Shown here: positions 1-10,249 of the stretch, one piece after another
Layout of the letters: each line of letters opens with the position of its first letter
Position numbering within the stretch: the stretch's first letter is position 1
NCBI GenBank assembly: GCA_004431415.1
Contig: QPMI01000038.1
Span: 248,001-312,000 of the forward strand
Direction: 5' to 3'
Source of the DNA: Cyanophora paradoxa CCMP329
Lineage: Eukaryota > Plantae > Glaucophyta
DNA: 64,000 bases
Notes under the pieces: model-generated
What the model saw: only the letters and a program-made list of their open reading frames with translations
What the model was told of the DNA's origin: nothing
Databases searched by the model: none
Translations under genes and position numbers: made by a program

Positions 1-213
1 GGAATGAGGTTCGGAGGCCGGCGCTCGGGAGGTCATTCGGGGGCCCAGTTCGCAGCACCGGGAAACGCGACCGCAGGAAAACGCGCGCGCGGCATTTCGC
101 GCTCGCATTTTCCGGCTTCCCGCATGATCGCGCGTCACGGTGACGCGTCACCGTCGGTGACGGCGACGCGTCCGCCGGCCTTCGACCCGTGACGGATCGG
201 ATTCATCCCCATA

Positions 214-254
214 GCACGCTCGACGGTCGGCGCGCGTGGGGTCGGCGACGGGCC
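214..254. repeat. Second dispersed motif of the island (gcRcgctcgacgKtcggcgcgcgtSgggtcggcgacgggcc)
   Basis: 41 nt with 3 mismatches to 3012-3052. Variant at 3133-3182 and partial copy at about 738-762. Confidence 0.8.
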
Positions 255-286
255 GCGCGCGTTTTTTTCGAGCGCAATGAGTGACC

Positions 287-649
287 ATGGGCAACGCCGA
301 GTCACGACCGCCGGGCGCGCAGGCCTCGACGACGCAGCCGCAGCAGCAGGCCGCGGAGGATGACGGCGGCGAGCTCGAGCTCAAGCTGACACTCTACGCG
401 CTGGTGCTGCTGCTGGCCACGACGGCGCCGTACGGCCTGTACAAGGCCTTCCGCGGCCTCCACGGCCGCTTCGGCTGGAAGGGCAGCGCGCCGCTCGGCG
501 TGGTGATGCTGCTCCTCACGTTCATGGTCGGGCGCGTCGGCCCGGCAAAGCTCACGATGACGTCAGGGCTCGCGCTCACGTTCACTGGCGTCTCCATGGA
601 CAACGACCTGGCACTCGTGCTTCAGACCCTATGCAACTGCCGCAAGTAA
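287..649 (+). CDS. Small intronless membrane protein with predicted N-myristoylation (cassette gene 1)
   Basis: ATG at 287 gives MGNAES (Gly2, Ser6 myristoylation consensus). Hydrophobic segments LYALVLLLATTAPY and PLGVVMLLLTFMV. Stop at 647-649 lies just before the repeat A junction. Confidence 0.6.
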   Translation: MGNAESRPPGAQASTTQPQQQAAEDDGGELELKLTLYALVLLLATTAPYGLYKAFRGLHGRFGWKGSAPLGVVMLLLTFMVGRVGPAKLTMTSGLALTFTGVSMDNDLALVLQTLCNCRK

Positions 650-665
650 ATCACCGGACAGGGAC

Positions 666-723
666 TCGAACCCTTGATTCAACTCCGCAGGGTTTACCGT
701 CACCGTCACGGTGACGGCGCCTA
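666..723. repeat. 58-bp double-hairpin repeat, copy A
   Basis: tcgaacccttgattcaactccgcagggtttaccgtcaccgtcacggtgacggcgccta, with stems aaccct/agggtt and ccgtcaccg/cggtgacgg. Differs from copies B and C by 1-2 nt. Confidence 0.95.
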
Positions 724-776
724 GAGTCGGTTTATACAGCACGCTCGGCGCTCGGCACGTCGTATAATCGCATTCA

Positions 777-1394
777 TCACGGGTGGGGGAAGCCGGGCGG
801 CGGCGGCGACAGGGCCGCGAGGCGCGCGACGGTGTCGCGCGCGATCCGATACGCCGGCACGAGGACGTCGTACACGTAACCGCGGCCCGTGCCGTCGTGC
901 AGGTCGTAGTGGCCCGTGCGGCCGAAGAGCGACGGCTGGCCGACGTGCGGGCAGTGGTGCTTGAGCTCGTTGACGAGCGTGGCGAACGGCTTGCCGGCGA
1001 ACGCCAGCTCGCCGAGCCGCGCGCGGGCCTCCGCGACGAATCGGAAATCGCTCTGCGCGAACGGGTAGCTTGCGAAGTATATGTTGCCGTCGCGGCGGTA
1101 CGGGCCGCGCGGCTGCGCGCGCTCGCAGTAGTGCGCGACGCTGTCCAGCAGCGCCGCCAGGCTCACGGTGGCGGTGAACGCCAGCCCGTTCAGCTCGTCC
1201 GCCGCCGGCGCCCCGGCCCCGGCGCACAGCTCCTGGGCCTGGCAGACGAGCGCGCCGACCACGCACACCGCGGCCCGCACAGTGCCCAGGTGGCCGGCGG
1301 CGTTGAGGCCGCTGGCGGCCGGTTCCCGCGCGCCGCGCATCACCTGCCAGAAGCGCGAACCGTCAGACAGCAGCGGGAACGCGTCGTCCGCCAT
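777..1394 (-). CDS. HEPN-like (Cthe_2314-like) putative RNase, paralog 1
   Basis: Intronless; first ATG at 1394 (MADDAF). Motifs ALLDSVAHYC, NIYFASY and LVNELKHH (NxxKH, a HEPN-type variant). Aligns with ORF 2261-2914. Confidence 0.55.
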   Translation of the reverse strand: MADDAFPLLSDGSRFWQVMRGAREPAASGLNAAGHLGTVRAAVCVVGALVCQAQELCAGAGAPAADELNGLAFTATVSLAALLDSVAHYCERAQPRGPYRRDGNIYFASYPFAQSDFRFVAEARARLGELAFAGKPFATLVNELKHHCPHVGQPSLFGRTGHYDLHDGTGRGYVYDVLVPAYRIARDTVARLAALSPPPPGFPHP

Positions 1395-1480
1395 GGGCTC
1401 ACCGTCGACGTGCGAAAGAAGCGCCGGGCCAGCGAACACGGCGCCAATCGGGCCCGCGGGGGCTCGAACTAGGGTCTTTG

Positions 1481-2164
1481 ATGGAAAGCGCCGAGGCGGC
1501 GGCGGCTGCAGCGGCGCTCGGCGCGCTGCCGGCCGGGCTCCGACCAGTCACAGCCCTGCGCGGCGATGCGGCCAACATCGCGGACGTTCTTTCGGAGCTT
1601 CGGTTGATCCGGGTCAACGTGCCCGACAAGTCGCCGGAGCTCTCTGAGATCGACTCAGCGCTCGCGCCGCTCGCGCTCCTATTCAGAAGCATGCAGGCCG
1701 CCGGGCTCGTGGACGCGCACCCGGCGCTCGTGACGCCGAAGCAGTTCGACGTCCTGCTCACGGACATCCGTGACCGCAGCGACCTGGAGTCAATCGCTCA
1801 GCTGTTCGGCGTCGCTTACCTCGCAGAAGCCCCGCCGGACCGCCGCCCCGCGTTCCCCGTCGAGGGCCAGATCGCCGGCCCCAACAGCCGGCCGCTCGCA
1901 GTCCTGCCGGTCGCCGCGAGGCGCGGGCGCGCCGTGTTCGCCCCATTCATCATCGACACGGGCTCGCCGCACACCTACGTCTCGGGCGACGTCATCGAGG
2001 CGCTCGGCCTCTCGTCTGTCTCGGCGCTCGGCGCCACGCTCCTGGTCAACGGCCGACCGGCCACGGTGTACGAGTCGCACTCGCACTTCAGCAAGGCCTG
2101 CGTGCTCGGAGCCTCGTACTTCGTCGCAAACCGCCTGGCCTCACCGTCCGATACGCATCGCTGA
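1481..2164 (+). CDS. Retropepsin-like (clan AA) aspartyl protease
   Basis: Intronless ORF. FIIDTGSPHTYVS catalytic DTG motif, followed by SHSHF..CVLG (hydrophobic-hydrophobic-Gly motif). Confidence 0.75.
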   Translation: MESAEAAAAAAALGALPAGLRPVTALRGDAANIADVLSELRLIRVNVPDKSPELSEIDSALAPLALLFRSMQAAGLVDAHPALVTPKQFDVLLTDIRDRSDLESIAQLFGVAYLAEAPPDRRPAFPVEGQIAGPNSRPLAVLPVAARRGRAVFAPFIIDTGSPHTYVSGDVIEALGLSSVSALGATLLVNGRPATVYESHSHFSKACVLGASYFVANRLASPSDTHR

Positions 2165-2260
2165 GCCTCTCGATAGCCGAGGAGTCTGGTTTGACTGGTT
2201 AGGTAGTACTGTCGTATATATATTCGCATTCATCACGGGCCACGGCAGCGCGGACAATCG

Positions 2261-2914
2261 TCAGACCGCGGGCCACTCGCGGAGGCGCACGCCGCACTGG
2301 ACGGCGAGCGCGGCCACGCACTGGCAGAGCAGGCGATAGGCGGGCGCGACTGTGCCGGCGACCAGGCGGCGGCCGGCGGCGTCGCGGACGTCGAGCGCGC
2401 CGTCCGCGTCCGCGGACGCGACGCCGAACCACGGGAGCGTGTGCTTGGCGCGGTTGGCGACGGCGGCAAAGTCGCCGCCGTTGTAGAAGTCGGGCCGCCG
2501 GAGCGCCAGGCGCGCGCGCTCGACCGGCTCGAGCCACTGGTGCGCGAACCGGTAGCTGTCGAAGTAGAGCTTGTCTTCCCGCCGCTCGCCGCTCGGGAAG
2601 TGCCGGTCGCAGAAGCTCACGACGCCGTCCAGCGCCGATTGGACGCCGGCAACCGCCGCGACGAGCAGCGGGTTGTACACAAACGGGTCGCCGGCGCCCG
2701 CGCGCATCTCGTGCAGCGCGTCGTTCACGCAGTGCGCCACGTGCACGGCGGCGTTCGCCAGCACCACCACGTGGCCCTCGCGGTTCAAATCCTCGCCGAG
2801 CGCGCCGCCGGCCGCCGCCCGTCCGTTGAACTGCTCGCGCTGCCAATCATGCATCAGAGCGCCGCGACCGTACTGGCGGGCGCGAAAGGACCGCACCAGC
2901 GCCCGACGCGCCAT
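2261..2914 (-). CDS. HEPN-like (Cthe_2314-like) putative RNase, paralog 2
   Basis: Intronless 217 aa. Motifs LNREGH, SALDGVVSFC, KLYFDSY, VANRAKH and PAYRL are colinear with paralog 1. Confidence 0.55.
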   Translation of the reverse strand: MARRALVRSFRARQYGRGALMHDWQREQFNGRAAAGGALGEDLNREGHVVVLANAAVHVAHCVNDALHEMRAGAGDPFVYNPLLVAAVAGVQSALDGVVSFCDRHFPSGERREDKLYFDSYRFAHQWLEPVERARLALRRPDFYNGGDFAAVANRAKHTLPWFGVASADADGALDVRDAAGRRLVAGTVAPAYRLLCQCVAALAVQCGVRLREWPAV

Positions 2915-2938
2915 CGGCCAAACGGGACCCGCCGAGAT

Positions 2939-2996
2939 TCGAACCCTTGATTCAACTCCGCAGGGTTTACCGTCACCGTCAGAGTGACGGCGCCTA
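2939..2996. repeat. 58-bp double-hairpin repeat, copy B
   Basis: Same core as copy A with 2 substitutions in hairpin 2. Lies about 25 bp upstream of the HEPN-2 ATG. Confidence 0.95.
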
Positions 2997-3061
2997 TGCT
3001 CGCCTCTGGTGGCGCGCTCGACGTTCGGCGCGCGTCGGGTCGGCGACGGGCCCGCGGGGAG

Positions 3062-3119
3062 TCGAACCCTTGATTCAACTCCGCAGGGTTTACCGTCACC
3101 GTCATGGTGACGGCGCCTA
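3062..3119. repeat. 58-bp double-hairpin repeat, copy C
   Basis: Same core as copy A with 1 substitution. Similarity to A continues for about 20 bp (gagtcgg.ttatacagcacg). Confidence 0.95.
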
Positions 3120-3541
3120 GAGTCGGCTTATACAGCACGGCCGACGGTCGGCGCGCATCGGGTCGCGTCGGGTTGGCGACGGCTGAATCGGAACATTGTC
3201 CTTTCATGTAACATCAATGGCGAATCAGGCGCGAGCGCTGACGTCACCGTGACGTCATCCCGGACTCGCCGGTTCGCCGCCGGTCCGACCACCGCCCGCG
3301 TCACGGGTGCCACGGGAGTCACGGGAGTCACGCGTGGCGGTGGCGGGTCGGCGTACCCGTGGCGGGCCACGCCTGGCTCGACCCCCCCGCACGCCGGTCC
3401 CGGGGGGGTACCGCCGACCCACGAAATCCCCAGGGTTCCGAGTTGACAACGCTGCAGCCGCTGCTGTGCGCTGCAGCCGCCGCTTACAGCTTGCCAACGG
3501 GGTTTTCGGGATAGCGCGAGGTGGCGGATAACCGCACGGAA

Positions 3542-5626
3542 ATGCTCTCGCCCGGGGCGGCTGCAGAAGCTTTCGATGTGCTGCCCGACGTCGTCATAGC
3601 CGAAGTGTTCAAGCTCTTCGGGCTGCGGGCGGGCTGGCCCCTGCGCGGCGTATGCAGGTCGGCGCGACTGCGCCCGCCGTAGCTAATTAAGCATTACCGC
3701 CGTAGCTAAGCATTTCGCCGCAGGCGGTGGCGGCGGCTGGTCGAGGAGACGGAGTGGGCGAGCTTCGAACTAACCGGCGCGGCGGCGAGCGTCGAGCAGA
3801 GCCGCGAGAGCGCGTACGAGGCAGCAGCGGCGCTCTTTGAGAAGCGGAAGCTGCGGCTCGGCGGAGGCGGCAGCGTCACGCTCAGGCCGTGGGTAGCGAG
3901 CTGGAGCTTGATTCCGGATACTGGGTCAGCTGCAGTGGAAGCAGTGTGCAGCGTTCTCTCCGCCATCACGCACACCCACAGCGGCCCTGCGCAGCCGCGG
4001 GAGGTGATAGTCGAGCTGCAAGAGCTGTTCGATGTCAGTCGCTTTGACGAGGACTTCCTTCACGCCTTCCTGCTCGGCGTGCTGCGGGCGCTGCGGCCGG
4101 CGGAGGGGGCGGCCAGCGGGCTGGAGAGCCTCAGCGTCGGCCTCACTATGGAGGATGAGGGCGGGCAAGGGGACCACTGCCGAAGGGGATCGCTGCCGTG
4201 GCCGGAGTCCGCCGACCTGCGGGCCGCCCTCGCCCCCTTCGGCGGCGCGCTGCGCTCCCTCCACCTCTTCTTCGGGCCCCGAAACGCGGGCTTAGACGCC
4301 GCGTCCGCGGCGGCCATCGCTGCCGCCTGCCCCCTCCTCCGATCCGTCCTGCTTCCTTTTGACGAGGAGTCGCTCTCCGAATCGCTGGCGGCCCTCGCCC
4401 GCCTCGGGTGCCTCGAGGAGCTGGCCGCTGTCCTCACGCCTCTTTCTGAGGGCGGCGTGTCCGAGGGGCTGGCGGCGCTGGCGGACGGCGCCGCCGGGCG
4501 AAGCATCAGGAGGATCTCTTTCCTCGCCGAGGCGGAGATGTGCAGGTGCGCTTAAGCTTCCGATCCGCAGTCCGAGTCCCTTCGTGGCGCTCCTCGCTGA
4601 CGGATTTGTTCGACGCAGGAGGGGCGAGTTCCCGCGCCGGCCAGAGGCGGACTCGAGCTCCGGCGAGTGCCTGGGTCTCGTGCTCTACGACGCCGGCCTC
4701 CTCGCGCTCAGCCGCATGCCCCAACTCGAATCGATCGAGCCTCTGCGGGTGCTACCGCCTGCTCCGCTTGCTGCGTTGACCCCTCCGTCGGCTGCGTTGA
4801 CCCCCCGCGCGCCGCAGATCTATCCCGGCTATGTGCAGCCCGACGCCGTCCGGTCCCTCGGCCGCATCGCGGGCCTCCGCGAGGCCTCCCTGGAGTTCGT
4901 CTGCAGCTCGTCCCGTCAGGAGACGTCGGCTGCGCTGCGCGCGCTGGCGGAGGCGGTGGACGGCCTCCCGCGCCTGTCGCGGCTGCGGCTGCAGCTGCAG
5001 ACGAGCATACGCGAGGGCGCCGGCGCCGTGGCCGAGTTCCTCGGGAGCGCCGGCGCGCGGCGCGCCCTCACGGACCTCGAGCTCGAGGTGCACCCCACCT
5101 GGACCTCGGAGGAGGTGCGCGCCGTGGGGGAGGCGATGTCTGGCCTGCCCCGCCTCGCGAGGCTCAAGCTGGACCTGCGCGGTGCGTGTGGGCCGTGCGC
5201 TCCTCCGGCAGTGCATTCGCCCGCTCACCTCAATGTGCAGGCTTGGACCCGACCGCTGCGGACGTAGTGGCCCTCCTCGGGGGCGGGTGCCTGTCGATCA
5301 CGGCGCTCGAGCTTCTCCTGCACCGGCCCCTCTCCGAGGCGGAGGCCGAGGCGATTCTCGCCCTGCCGGCCCTCCGCCGCCTCCGCATCTCCTCCAAGCT
5401 CTTCCCCCTCCCTTCCCTCCGCCCCTTCGAGGTGTGCGGCTGTACCCCGAGGCCCCCGCGCCGGCCTCTCATCTCTTGCCCCGGCCCGGCGCGGCAGGTC
5501 CTGCGCGGCCTCCGGCCCGAGGTCGCTGTAAAGGTCGACCCTCACCTCCGGCGGCTGGGCCGGGAGCAGGTGCGAGCCTTGACCGAAGCTGTGAACAGCA
5601 TCTTCGCGGGGCGCCCTCCTATTTGA
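3542..5626 (+). CDS. F-box/LRR-like protein (spliced), family copy 1
   Basis: MLSPGAAAEAFDVLPDVVIAEVFKLFG...VCR|RWRRLVEETEW F-box split by a GT-AG intron. LxxLxL repeats (CPLLRSV, LPRLSRLRL, LPALRRLRI). Confidence 0.8.
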
Positions 5627-5785
5627 TCATGACAGCCCGGCGGTTTGAGCTCGTTCGAGTTCTGATCTTAGACTTTTGAAAGACCTGAGACTCTGTAACG
5701 GCCCCGCGAAAGTTTCCATGCTAGTTTCCTGCACAGCGGTGGAGAGGGTCTGGAGAAACATGCACATGATCGACAGCGGGTGCTA

Positions 5786-6140
5786 CCGTGTAATACTTAA
5801 TTACCGCGCTGACATAACTACTCTAAAGATCTACGGTGGGCGTGCCCACTCGTAGTACACAACGAGGATACAAGTCACGGTATCGGGAATCACAGGGATT
5901 CGAAGTACAACGTAGCGGAAACAGCAGGAACCGACATAACTACTGCGCTACCATATTACTGCGCTCTATATTTTTACAACGCAGTAATTTGGTAGCGCAG
6001 TAAAGCGCGCGCGCCTACCGCAGAGTACCGCGCCAGTACCCAGGACCGGCGCAGAAAGTTTAGAACGCAGTAATTTGGTGGCGCAGTAAAGCGCCTACCG
6101 TAGTTCCGGCGCAGAAATTTACCGTAGTACCGGCGCAGTA
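5786..6140. mobile_element. Truncated Tc1/pogo-like MITE fragment with internal repeats
   Basis: TA + CCGTGTAATACTTAATTA resembles the TIR at 36866. Internal repeats aacgcagtaatttggt.gcgcagtaaagcgc. No right TIR seen. Confidence 0.4.
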
Positions 6141-6584
6141 GCGGAGAGGGGGGCACGTCGGAGTCTCTTGGGCGGCTCCGGTTCGGCTCGCAGAAGCTAG
6201 CTACAAGCGGCGCCGGAGTGCTCGGCAATAGCAGCCGCGACGGCCGCGCGCGCGGGCGCGGGGTGTCCGGTTCAGCACGCTGGAGCCCAGCTCCGCACCC
6301 TCCGCCGGGCCGCGCCGCGAAGGGTACGGCGCCCGCCACGGGTCGGGGCGGCGTCGCGGCCACGTGCACGGGGCTGGCAAAGGGCCGAGCTCGAGCAGGC
6401 GCCGCGCCACGTCGAAGCGCCCGGCCCGCAGCGCCACTGCGCCCGCCGCTGCATCAGGCGCGCCCGGGCGCAGGGCGGGCGGGCGGGCTGCGGGGGAACA
6501 AGGACGAGCCTCTGAGGGCGGAGCGGCCCTTCGGCGTCGGGACCGTCGGACGTCGACTTGGCGCGGCCAGCGGAGCGCACTGCG

Positions 6585-6860
6585 GCAGCGTTCCTCCCCC
6601 AAAAATGGGCGGAGCGACTCCGAATCGCGCTGCGCGGGCGTCGGACCCGCGCAGACCGCGTCGCCGGCTTTCCAACGACCCCCATATCGCGTGGCCCCAC
6701 GAGGGGGGTACAGGCAACTTCGCACCTGACCCACGGCGTGACGGACATCGTTGGAACGGGCGCGACAAGGATATTCCGGCGGCGAAGTCCCCTTTGAGAG
6801 GCTGGCCCGAGGTGGAGGGGTACACCCAAAAAACTGCCCGGGGGCCTGTCAGAGCCCTGC
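6585..6860 (-). repeat. ~280-bp dispersed repeat (also about 18088-18325 and 26629-26890), possibly a hAT-type terminal fragment
   Basis: Three similar copies, each beginning CAGGG(C/G)TCTGAC, which resembles a hAT TIR start. No partner TIR found. Confidence 0.45.
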
Positions 6861-7809
6861 AGCATCGCAAGAGAGGGGGCCGGACCGTGCATAAGGAGTG
6901 ATATGCGCGCTGCGAAATCGGTGGTGAGCGCCGCATGGAGCAGTGAAGGGGCAGACCACCGGGCATCGAACGAAGACGAGATCGCCTTCGACAACGTCGA
7001 CTTCGATGGGTCGAAGTGGAACCTGCGTAGACGGATGCACAGCGCTAGCCGCGAGGACGCCGTCTGAAGCTCGCGCGGCCGCCGCGGAGCCCGAGCCCAA
7101 GCGTTCGAAGACGAAGCTGCCAAAACCGCCGCGCGCGCGCGAGCCACTACCAACACTCGCGCCGCCGCAAGTCCGAAACTCGCTGCGCAGTCTGCGGCAC
7201 GGCGCCGAGGTCCGAACAACCGCGGCGTCGACGTGAGATCAGACGACGCGAGGCCAGCGCGATCGAAAGCGATCGAAAGCGATCGAAAGCGCGGCTGAGA
7301 GAACTCTGAGTCCCGCTGCCTCCCGCTGCAGTTTCCGCTGCTAGCGCTGATTCCCGCTGATTCCCGCTGCTGAATCCCGCAGTCGCCGGGGGTACGACAC
7401 ACAAACCGAACTCGAAACGCCGCCCCCCGACAGGCGAGCGTCCGCGCGGCGCGTATGAGAGCGGGTATCGCCTACGAGGCGTATGCGGCGAGAGTCATTC
7501 AAGTCGAAGAGCACGCTGAAAATGGGGAGCGCGCTTGACAGGTGTGTCTCGCACGCGGGCCCGGGCCCATCCGAGCCAGCGCGCTGCACGGATATCGATT
7601 TTGGGATTACCTGACCTCCCCGCCCGCGCAGAAGCTTCTCCGCTTGCGTTTGCGCCTGCAGCTGCGTAGCTGCCGCCGCGGCTGCAGCGTGGTCATGGTC
7701 GTGGCCAGCTACAGCGTTCGCGGCATCTGCATGTGCATGCGCAGTTATAGCTACAGCTGCAGCTGCCCGTAAGGCGCTCGAGGGACCAGCTTCAGACCAA
7801 GACACGTTC

Positions 7810-9856
7810 ATGATATCGATCAATGCGCTGCCGGATGCAGTCATCGCCGACGTCTTCAAGCAGCTCGGGCTGCGGGCGAGCTGTCCCCTGCGCCGCGTGT
7901 GCAGGTCAGCGCGATATCCACGATTTCGCCCCGCGCGGCCGGCGCCGCAGCCACGACCCGGGCCATGATCTCCCGGCCGCGGCCCGCCATATGCATGGCC
8001 ACAGCTAAGTATAAGCATTTGGTGACATGTGCAGGCGGTGGCGTCGTGTGATCGAGGAGACGGAGTGGGCGAGCTTCGACCTGCGTGTACGTACAAAGCG
8101 CATCAAGCACGTCTCCGACGGCGTGTCAGCGCTGTTCAAGAAGAGGAAGCTCCGGCTCAGCGCCGGCGCGAGCGTCGCCTTGAGGCCGGAGCTCGAGGTC
8201 GGCGCGTCTCGCGACCTCGAGCTCTGGGACATCATCGGAGCCGTCGGCGATGTCCTCGCGGCCATCAGCGTCACCCACCGCGGTCATAATCAGGCGCAGC
8301 CTCGGGAAGTCGTTGTCGAATTTCTCGAAGGAGACGCCGACCTTTTCGACGAATACGCATGCGCCGTCGACGAGCTGTTCATGCAACTGTACGTGCTCGG
8401 CGTGTTGGCGGCCTACTCGTATCGGCTGCGCGACGTCGGCGGGACAGTCAGTGGCCTCCACAGCCTCAGCATCGGCCTCACCAGCAGGAGGGAGGCGCTG
8501 CCCGGCTCCGACCGCCAGATGCACTTCCCGTCGTCCGCCGACGGGGAGCTGGGTGCCGCCCTCGCGCCCTTCCGCGAGCTGCGCTCCCTCGACCTCTTCT
8601 TTCACAACTCCGCCGGCATCTCCCCGGAGACCGCCGCCGTCATCGCCGCCGCCTGCCCCCTCCTCCGCTCCGTCACCATCTGCCCCCTCATTATCGCCGC
8701 CAACGAGGTGCTCGGGGCCCTCGCGCCCCTGGCGCACCTCGAGGAGCTGGCCGTCGTGTGGCCGTCGAACTGCGGCCTGCACGACTTCAACCACGGCGTG
8801 GCCGCCCTCGCCTGCGGCGCCGCGGGCGCGAGCCTTCGCAAGATCGCGTTCGTCGCCGAGGCCGGCCTTCACAAGTGCGTTTCGCAATTCGAATTCATTT
8901 TGCGGATTTCGCGATATTGAAAACCGACAAAGAAACCGCGGCGTGCATGCAGGGACGGCGAATTCCCGAAACGATCTGCGGAGGCCCCTCCGGCGCACGC
9001 TGCGGTCTTCGCCTGCGGCCTCCGCGCCCTCAGCCTCATGCCGAATCTCGAATCCCTCGGGCCGCTGATGGTGCGCGGTCTTACTAGAATTCGCTCTGTA
9101 CATGTTGCGATCGCCCCTGCAGCTGAATCGAGCTCACTAATTCTATTCCGTGCGCACGCCTCGCAGTTCAAGGCGCGCGAGCTGGACCCCGAGGAAATCC
9201 TGGCCCTCGGCTGCGTCGCGAGCCTGCGGGAGGCGCACGTCTGCCTCTACAGCGCGCCCCAGGACCTCGAAGACGACCGCAGCGACCCGGACTTCGCCTC
9301 GGGGGCCCTGCGCGCCCTCGCGGGGGCGCTCACCCGCCTGCCCCGCCTCGAGCGCCTCCGCCTCGACCTCGTCGCCACCGGTGCGCTCTTCGACGCCGTG
9401 AGCTCATTGCGGCATAGAATGACGTCGGTGTCGACGCATGCGCAGGCAGCGGCCACGGGCCGGCGAGCTGCGCCGCGCGCCCCGCGGACGTCGTCGCCGT
9501 CTTCGCCAGCGCCGGGGCGCGCCGGGCCCTCACGGAGCTGCGCCTGGTCGTCTGCCGGCCCCTCTCCGAGGCGGAGGCCGAGGCGATCGTCGCGCTGCCC
9601 GCCCTCCGCCGCCTCAGCATCGCCGCCGCGTACAGGGCCCAGTCCGCCCCGCCCCTCCGCCCCTTCGAGGTGCCTGCACGGCCCTAGGCCCGTGCACGAG
9701 CGGCTCCCGCGGCCCGACCTCACCGTGCGGCAGGTTCTGCGCGGTCTTCGGGCCGGGGTGGTGGCGGAGGTGAGGGTGCAGAGCCCCTGGGGCGCCCCCT
9801 CCCCCGCCTTCGAGGGGGCGAGGGCCGCCATCCAGCGCCTCGTCCGGGGGCGCTAG
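7810..9856 (+). CDS. F-box/LRR-like protein (spliced), family copy 2
   Basis: MISINALPDAVIADVFKQLGLRASCPLRRVCR|RWRRVIEETEW, followed by LRR-like exons. Confidence 0.8.
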
Positions 9857-10249
9857 GCTGCCGGCCCCGCGCCAGGCGCCGCCGGGGCTAGACTGCGGGC
9901 TCCCGCGCCATAGCCAGGGGCCCTCATGATCAGTGCTAGCGCTGGCCTCCGATATCGATCCTCCTCCGCATCGCATGATCATATGCATGCCGTGATGATC
10001 ACGGCGCCGGCGCCCCCCGTCCCTGTCCGATCCCCCGCAACCATATGTGCATCACGTGCATAATAGATAAGCTCGTGTCTCCCGACAAGCTCGTGCCTCC
10101 CGACAGCTCTCCCGATAAGCTAGACATGTGCGAAGATCTAGGGGGCGGGGGGGGGGGGGGGGGGGGTGGGTGGTGAGGGGAGGGGGCAGAGAGGGGGGGG
10201 GAGGTGAGCTGGAACAGAACTAGACGATCCGCGGGGCCCTGCAGCTGCC

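Larger units (their letters stand above)
6300..10110. repeat. Left arm of ~3.8-kb inverted segmental duplication (partner about 14860-18760)
   Basis: Near-identical F-box gene pair and colinear flanking non-coding blocks in opposite orientation. Confidence 0.85.

Noticed and set aside
1481-2164. LTR retrotransposon pol gene
   Set aside because: The protease stands alone. There is no gag, RT, RNase H or integrase, and no TGG-initiated primer-binding site.
651-3120. CRISPR array or intact tRNA genes in the repeat cluster
   Set aside because: Spacers are gene-sized and irregular and there are no cas genes. Only T-loop/3'-end-like pieces are present, with no A-box, D-arm, anticodon arm or pairing acceptor 5' strand.
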